Below, in pieces: positions 59,698-64,000 of a DNA stretch of 64,000 nt. Origin of the DNA: an uncultured Chlamydiae bacterium. Its GTDB lineage: Bacteria > Chlamydiota > Chlamydiia > Chlamydiales > Parachlamydiaceae. The notes under the pieces are model-generated. The model was not told the DNA's origin. It did no database searches and worked only from the letters and a program-made list of their open reading frames with translations. Each line of letters begins with the position of its first letter. Position 1 is the stretch's first letter. A program made the position numbers and the translations under genes. The DNA is taken from assembly GCA_963830365.1 (NCBI GenBank), contig CAWHMU010000036.1, positions 1-64,000 on the forward strand. The letters run 5' to 3'.

Positions 59698-59783
59698 CGC
59701 AGTTGTTCATCCTGACCATCCTAAAATCCTGTTATTTCTTATTTTTCTTATGAGAATACCGTTGGACGATTTGTAAATCTTTT

Positions 59784-60330
59784 GGTTCATCGCACAATTG
59801 CGTGCCTCCCCATATGTAAACTAATGGAGGATGTTAAATAAATCATACATAATGGCAAATTGCGCGTTCGATCCTGTGAAGGAAGGATTTGAGTTGGCAC
59901 TGCCATACAAGAGATAGGGCACAAGCCATGAGAACATTTTTACAGCCTCGATAGAGGCGGAAGCATGTAGCCACATGCGTCAGCGTGTGGTAATCGCATG
60001 TTTAGAAACAAAGCCGTGAATACGGCGGCAGCAATGACTAAAGGATAGTATATACTATAATAATTGCATCTAATTCAGCTTCCATCGAAATTGCTGTCGC
60101 CGTATTCACGGCTCTCTTTATACTACATTTTATTCCATAGGTTGACACCTATGGCTACATGCTTCCGCCTCTATCGAGGCTAACTAGACCTTCTGTGCTA
60201 GAATGCCGATTTGTTTCAAAGAGAACCTACAAATAGATCATTACTTCTCATATTTCAACCAGCAATTACTAAGGCTTTTTGACGAATCATCGGCGGTATT
60301 TTTGCAACTCCCTCATTTGTGCGATGAACC
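59784..60330. mobile_element. MITE with 8-bp TSD aatctttt carrying nested REP-like inverted repeats
   Basis: ggttcatcgcacaa / ttgtgcgatgaacc; aatctttt at 59776-59783 and 60331-60338. Confidence 0.88.
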
Positions 60331-60423
60331 AATCTTTTTCATAAAAATAGGCTGGTTGGTTTTATCCTGTTTGTAAAAAACAAAGTATATTATAATAAAA
60401 CAAGAGATACGGCAGGAGGTTTT

Positions 60424-60555
60424 ATGAAGAAAATAGACAAAAAACCGCTGACTAAAACACAACTGGCACAGGTCGCCGCCGCCCGCAGGGAAAGTCCGAG
60501 TTTGGATAAACGTTATACCGATGAATCCGGCGGCAGAAGAATCATTAAAAGGTAG
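60424..60555 (+). CDS. Precursor-like peptide C (43 aa; not in ORF track), same leader but ending AA
   Basis: AGGAGG RBS; MKKIDKKPLTKTQLAQVAAA|RRESPSLDKRYTDESGGRRIIKR*. Confidence 0.75.
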   Translation: MKKIDKKPLTKTQLAQVAAARRESPSLDKRYTDESGGRRIIKR

Positions 60556-60561
60556 GCTATT

Positions 60562-60724
60562 TATACTGCAGCCGGCATCAACATTCGATTTATGGACGCA
60601 TCTTTTCTCGCCGAAATGTCGTTTCAAAAGCGAGCCTACAAATATGTATGTCACGCTTTCGAAACGACATTTCGGCGAAAAAATCTACATCCATAAATCG
60701 AATGTTGATGCCGGCTGCAGTATA
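60562..60724. mobile_element. Near-perfect palindromic element flanked by TA, inserted in a terminator
   Basis: TA-tactgcagccggcatcaacattcgatttatgga ... tccataaatcgaatgttgatgccggctgcagta-TA. Confidence 0.85.
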
Positions 60725-60868
60725 ACAGTAAATAGCCTTTTTTATTCTCTGTGTCTCTGTATCTCTGTGGTGAATTTCTTTGCCTGCCACAATGATCAAG
60801 TCTGATTTTTCATTTATAACGGCAACCATTTTTGAATTCGGGTACGGGCTCCCATTGAGCCTGTGTTG

Positions 60869-62980
60869 CTATTTGGCTGCCTTTTCGGCCTCGATGGCGA
60901 TGCGGAAGCCGGTATAAGCATCGGTATGTTCGGGCAAAAGGCCAAGCCTTTCGCTGACACGCACGCCATCGGCCAGGCTGTCATAGCAGCCGCCTTTCAC
61001 GACCTTCAGCGTGCCGCCGTCAGGTCCTTGTGGATCTGTATCCGACATTTTGGCGTAATAACTGTCATCATACCAATCGGCAACCCATTCCCACACGTTG
61101 CCGCTCATATCGAAGGCGCCATAAGGGCTTTTAGCTAGGTGCGTGAGCTGCTGTTTGCTGTGGCCTGCCGTCAGGGGAAGGGCGTTTATGCCATTATAGA
61201 AGCCGACAGGCGTGGTCAACACACGGAAATATGGCAGCGGTCGGTCGTCGTCTTTGTAATTGGCCCAGGTGCGGTCGATGGCATCGCTGCCGAAGCCATA
61301 GCGGTATTTTTTCAAGGGCGTGCCCGCCTTTTCAGGCTCCATGGCGGCGGCTTTTTCCCATTCGGCTTCAGTAGGCAGGCGGGCCTTACGGTCGGCACAA
61401 TAGGCCATGGCGCCATACCAGGACACGTTGATCACAGGGTAGGAGTCTTTGCCTGGCAGCGGCACGAATACCGGACTTTCCATACTTTGCATTTGGGCCG
61501 TGATCTGGCTATAGGGATCGGCGATAAAAGTCTTAAAAAGCAGACGTCCGCTCATATCAACCACCTGGCCGCGGTTGTCGGCCTCTTCTACAAACGAGAT
61601 GGTGCCGGCTTTAAGAGCTTGGTTCAGCCAGGTGGCATATTGGATGTTGGTGACTTCATAGATGCCGATGGCAAAAGCGCTGATGGTTACGGTTTTAGCA
61701 GGCAGCTTATTGGCAGTAGTTTCTGTGGTGATATCGCCCATGAGGACTTTGCCGGCGGGGACAGTGGCGGTCTGTTCGATGGGCAGGTAGGTGGCTTGGA
61801 TGTTTTTTTCCTGTTCCGCCTCTATCACCACCGTCTGTGGGGCCGGCGTCTGGTAATTTGGCACTTTATCAAAAGTGATGATATAACGATCGGCAGGGGG
61901 AGGTGTCAGCTGGGTGTATTTGCCGGAAAAATGTCCGATGATATCTTCATGTGCGGCCGTGAATTTGCTTAAGGTGAACCCCCCCGAGGCCACATTGGTG
62001 GTGACGATGAGTTTTCTTGGTTTTATAGCAGGGGGCGTATTTTCGCTGCCGAAGACGAGGTTGATGTCCGCTGACATCAACGCGCGCACATTGATGTCGG
62101 TGGGGTCTGGCGGAGTGCGCTTTAAATCGCTGCCTGCACCGCTTTCAGGTGGTGTGAGGGTGAGGCGATAGCGCCCTTCCGGCAGGGTAAAGGCTTTGCT
62201 GCCTCCGATGATTTCGGCTTGCGAGGTCTGCTGCCGCCCGCCGAGCTCTTGGATGGCGACATGGCTGTGTTCGACATTGGTATTGATAGTCACTTTGCCG
62301 GCGATCTGGAAGGGGGCTTTGAGTTCTTTGTTTTCCTGGGAATTTAAGTTGAAACGCATCTCGGCCGGCGGGATGTAATAGTCTGGTTCGCTGGTGGAAA
62401 AGGCCAGTGCATAGCTGCCGCTAGGCAGGTCTGAAAAGCGATATTCACGCCCTTCCCCTTTCCATACCTGCGACGATTTTGTCGAGCGCAAAAGAAAAGT
62501 GGCCGCGGGGATATTGGCGACGATATGTATTGAGGATAGTTTTGATGCCAGACGAAAGAGAGGGGTCAGGATGAGATTTTCGCCGCGATGCAGCACGATT
62601 TTCTGCGCGGGTGCAGCTTCATAAGCCGGCGGCAGGCGATAGAAAATTTCGTATGCCCCTGGCGGCAGCGGCTTGCTCTTCCAACGGATCTGCCCCTGGT
62701 TGGCGTTAAGCTTTAACGAAAAGGCGCGGGCGGTTTCGGGTTTGATGGCAATTTCGATGGTGTTGCCTTCTGGCAGGTCCGTTTGAATGGTGATGAAGCT
62801 TGGGATATGTGGGATGACCGGCCTCACTGGTCGGTGATAGTCATATCTGGGATAGCCAGACTGATATTGCTGGATAATGACCGTTGACATTTCGGCGTCA
62901 TCAACGGCACGTGCACCCGCCAAGGTGGGCATAGCTCCCAAAAATGCTACCAGAATGGTGACTAAAGATGCCAGATACAT
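60869..62980 (-). CDS. Exported protein with beta-sandwich (PEGA-like) repeats and C-terminal FGE-sulfatase/SUMF1 domain
   Basis: YEVTNIQY, PVINVSWYGA..YC, RLPTEAEWEKAA, DMSGNVWEW, KGG, GFR. Confidence 0.9.
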   Translation of the reverse strand: MYLASLVTILVAFLGAMPTLAGARAVDDAEMSTVIIQQYQSGYPRYDYHRPVRPVIPHIPSFITIQTDLPEGNTIEIAIKPETARAFSLKLNANQGQIRWKSKPLPPGAYEIFYRLPPAYEAAPAQKIVLHRGENLILTPLFRLASKLSSIHIVANIPAATFLLRSTKSSQVWKGEGREYRFSDLPSGSYALAFSTSEPDYYIPPAEMRFNLNSQENKELKAPFQIAGKVTINTNVEHSHVAIQELGGRQQTSQAEIIGGSKAFTLPEGRYRLTLTPPESGAGSDLKRTPPDPTDINVRALMSADINLVFGSENTPPAIKPRKLIVTTNVASGGFTLSKFTAAHEDIIGHFSGKYTQLTPPPADRYIITFDKVPNYQTPAPQTVVIEAEQEKNIQATYLPIEQTATVPAGKVLMGDITTETTANKLPAKTVTISAFAIGIYEVTNIQYATWLNQALKAGTISFVEEADNRGQVVDMSGRLLFKTFIADPYSQITAQMQSMESPVFVPLPGKDSYPVINVSWYGAMAYCADRKARLPTEAEWEKAAAMEPEKAGTPLKKYRYGFGSDAIDRTWANYKDDDRPLPYFRVLTTPVGFYNGINALPLTAGHSKQQLTHLAKSPYGAFDMSGNVWEWVADWYDDSYYAKMSDTDPQGPDGGTLKVVKGGCYDSLADGVRVSERLGLLPEHTDAYTGFRIAIEAEKAAK

Positions 62981-63305
62981 AGGGCTTGCCGTAGGTTAAA
63001 GGTTCTAAGAAGCAGTGTATAGCAAATCTTTGGCCGATGGGCTATCTTTATTTACACCGGAATTTTGGTACAGCCGCCGCTATTTGCGGCTAACTTCTTT
63101 TATTTCCACCACCTTGCTAGGCTTCTTACAATTCACGATGCACCGCATAATTGAGATTTGCCAAAATCAGAGGACTTAATACTTTTACCTGCCAATGGTG
63201 TTGATTTGTCGACTGAAACAACATTTGTTGATTTTCAATTCAAATAAATTTATACAATCTTAATATTTTACTGTTATATTATTATTTAATTAAACGGAGG
63301 TCTAA

Positions 63306-64000
63306 GTGATTTCTAATACAAGCTTTCGCACCGCAGTCAATGTGCTTGATGGGCTGACCTCCCATAAGGCGTCTGTTATCCCATCATCTGTTGTCCCATC
63401 AATTGAATTTGAAAAAGAATATGAGGGGCAGCACAATATAACAACTGCCTTAAAGATTATAAATAAAGCTGTTTTAGAAGGTGCTGATTCTCAGAAAGCG
63501 GAGTTGCTATCCTCCAGGCATCAAATTATATCTCTTAATAAATTGTTGAAGGGCGACTCATTTAACGCCGAAGTAAAGGATAAATTTGGCGTTGACATGG
63601 GTGATGAGACTGCTAAAATTAAGGGTATGCAAATTGCCATACCACAAACTAGCTTTGAAAAAATGGTAGAAACTGCCACAAAAATTCCCCGTATCATTTT
63701 CACAATTCTGTGTGATATTTTACTTCTGCCCGCTGCCTTGGCGTTATTGTTAGTGGCACGCTGCAAATCAAATTTCAATCCTAAACCTGAGGATGTTAAG
63801 CAACGGACCACCCCTATTCTGCTGTTGCATGGGTCTGGCTTCAATCAAAGCGAGTGGGTAGTGGGTAGACAGTTTTTAAAAAATCAAGAGTATGGCTCTG
63901 TCTTTTCATTGAATTATGATGGACTAGCAAGCAATGATCCGACCAAAGGTGTTGAAGATTATGCCCAAGATAAAATCAGCAAAGAAATTAAAAGGATTAA
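63306..64000 (+). CDS. Lipase/esterase-like alpha/beta hydrolase, runs off window (not in ORF track)
   Basis: GGAGG RBS, GTG start, open to window end; TM-like segment then TPILLLHGSGFNQ and FSLNY. Confidence 0.75.
   Translation, partial: MISNTSFRTAVNVLDGLTSHKASVIPSSVVPSIEFEKEYEGQHNITTALKIINKAVLEGADSQKAELLSSRHQIISLNKLLKGDSFNAEVKDKFGVDMGDETAKIKGMQIAIPQTSFEKMVETATKIPRIIFTILCDILLLPAALALLLVARCKSNFNPKPEDVKQRTTPILLLHGSGFNQSEWVVGRQFLKNQEYGSVFSLNYDGLASNDPTKGVEDYAQDKISKEIKRI

Noticed and set aside
59831..59917. 28-aa ORF MLNKSYIMANCAFDPVKEGFELALPYKR as a fourth precursor
   Set aside because: No PLTKxQL or GG leader, GGAGG has zero spacing, and it lies inside a MITE

Overview
Bacterial chromosome segment, most likely an environmental member of the phylum Chlamydiae. 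This is inferred from chlamydial-type conserved hypotheticals, enolase, PutA, a YjbH/CCA/TrmH/RsgA block, a CIRCE-controlled groESL and a tRNA without encoded CCA; no search was run. Left end: a kynurenine-pathway cluster (kynU partial, cyclase/kynB, TDO, HAAO) divergent from nadC. Middle: housekeeping genes (hemB, cca, rsgA, eno, ahpC, prmA, groESL, putA, pcrA/uvrD, tRNA-Arg-ACG) mixed with AT-richer orphan or effector-like genes (decayed kinase, DUF4116 repeat protein, YD/RHS protein, exported Ppx-like protein). Main highlights: (1) An NHLM-type peptide export locus (C39-peptidase ABC, second ABC, two adaptors, TolC) with no modifying enzymes in the window. It encloses two small genes whose 20-aa double-glycine leaders align exactly and whose cores are Pro-rich and cationic; a third gene with the same leader ending AA lies about 6.5 kb away. 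Two of these three genes are absent from the ORF track. (2) A four-helix-bundle gene and an AT-rich peptidase gene, each bracketed by palindromic (ATGGACNNN)n/(NNNGTCCAT)n arrays. (3) Many miniature elements: GG-ended MITEs with exact 8-bp target duplications (probably ISL3-derived, nested three deep) and TA-flanked long palindromes, one of which sits inside a reconstructable terminator.
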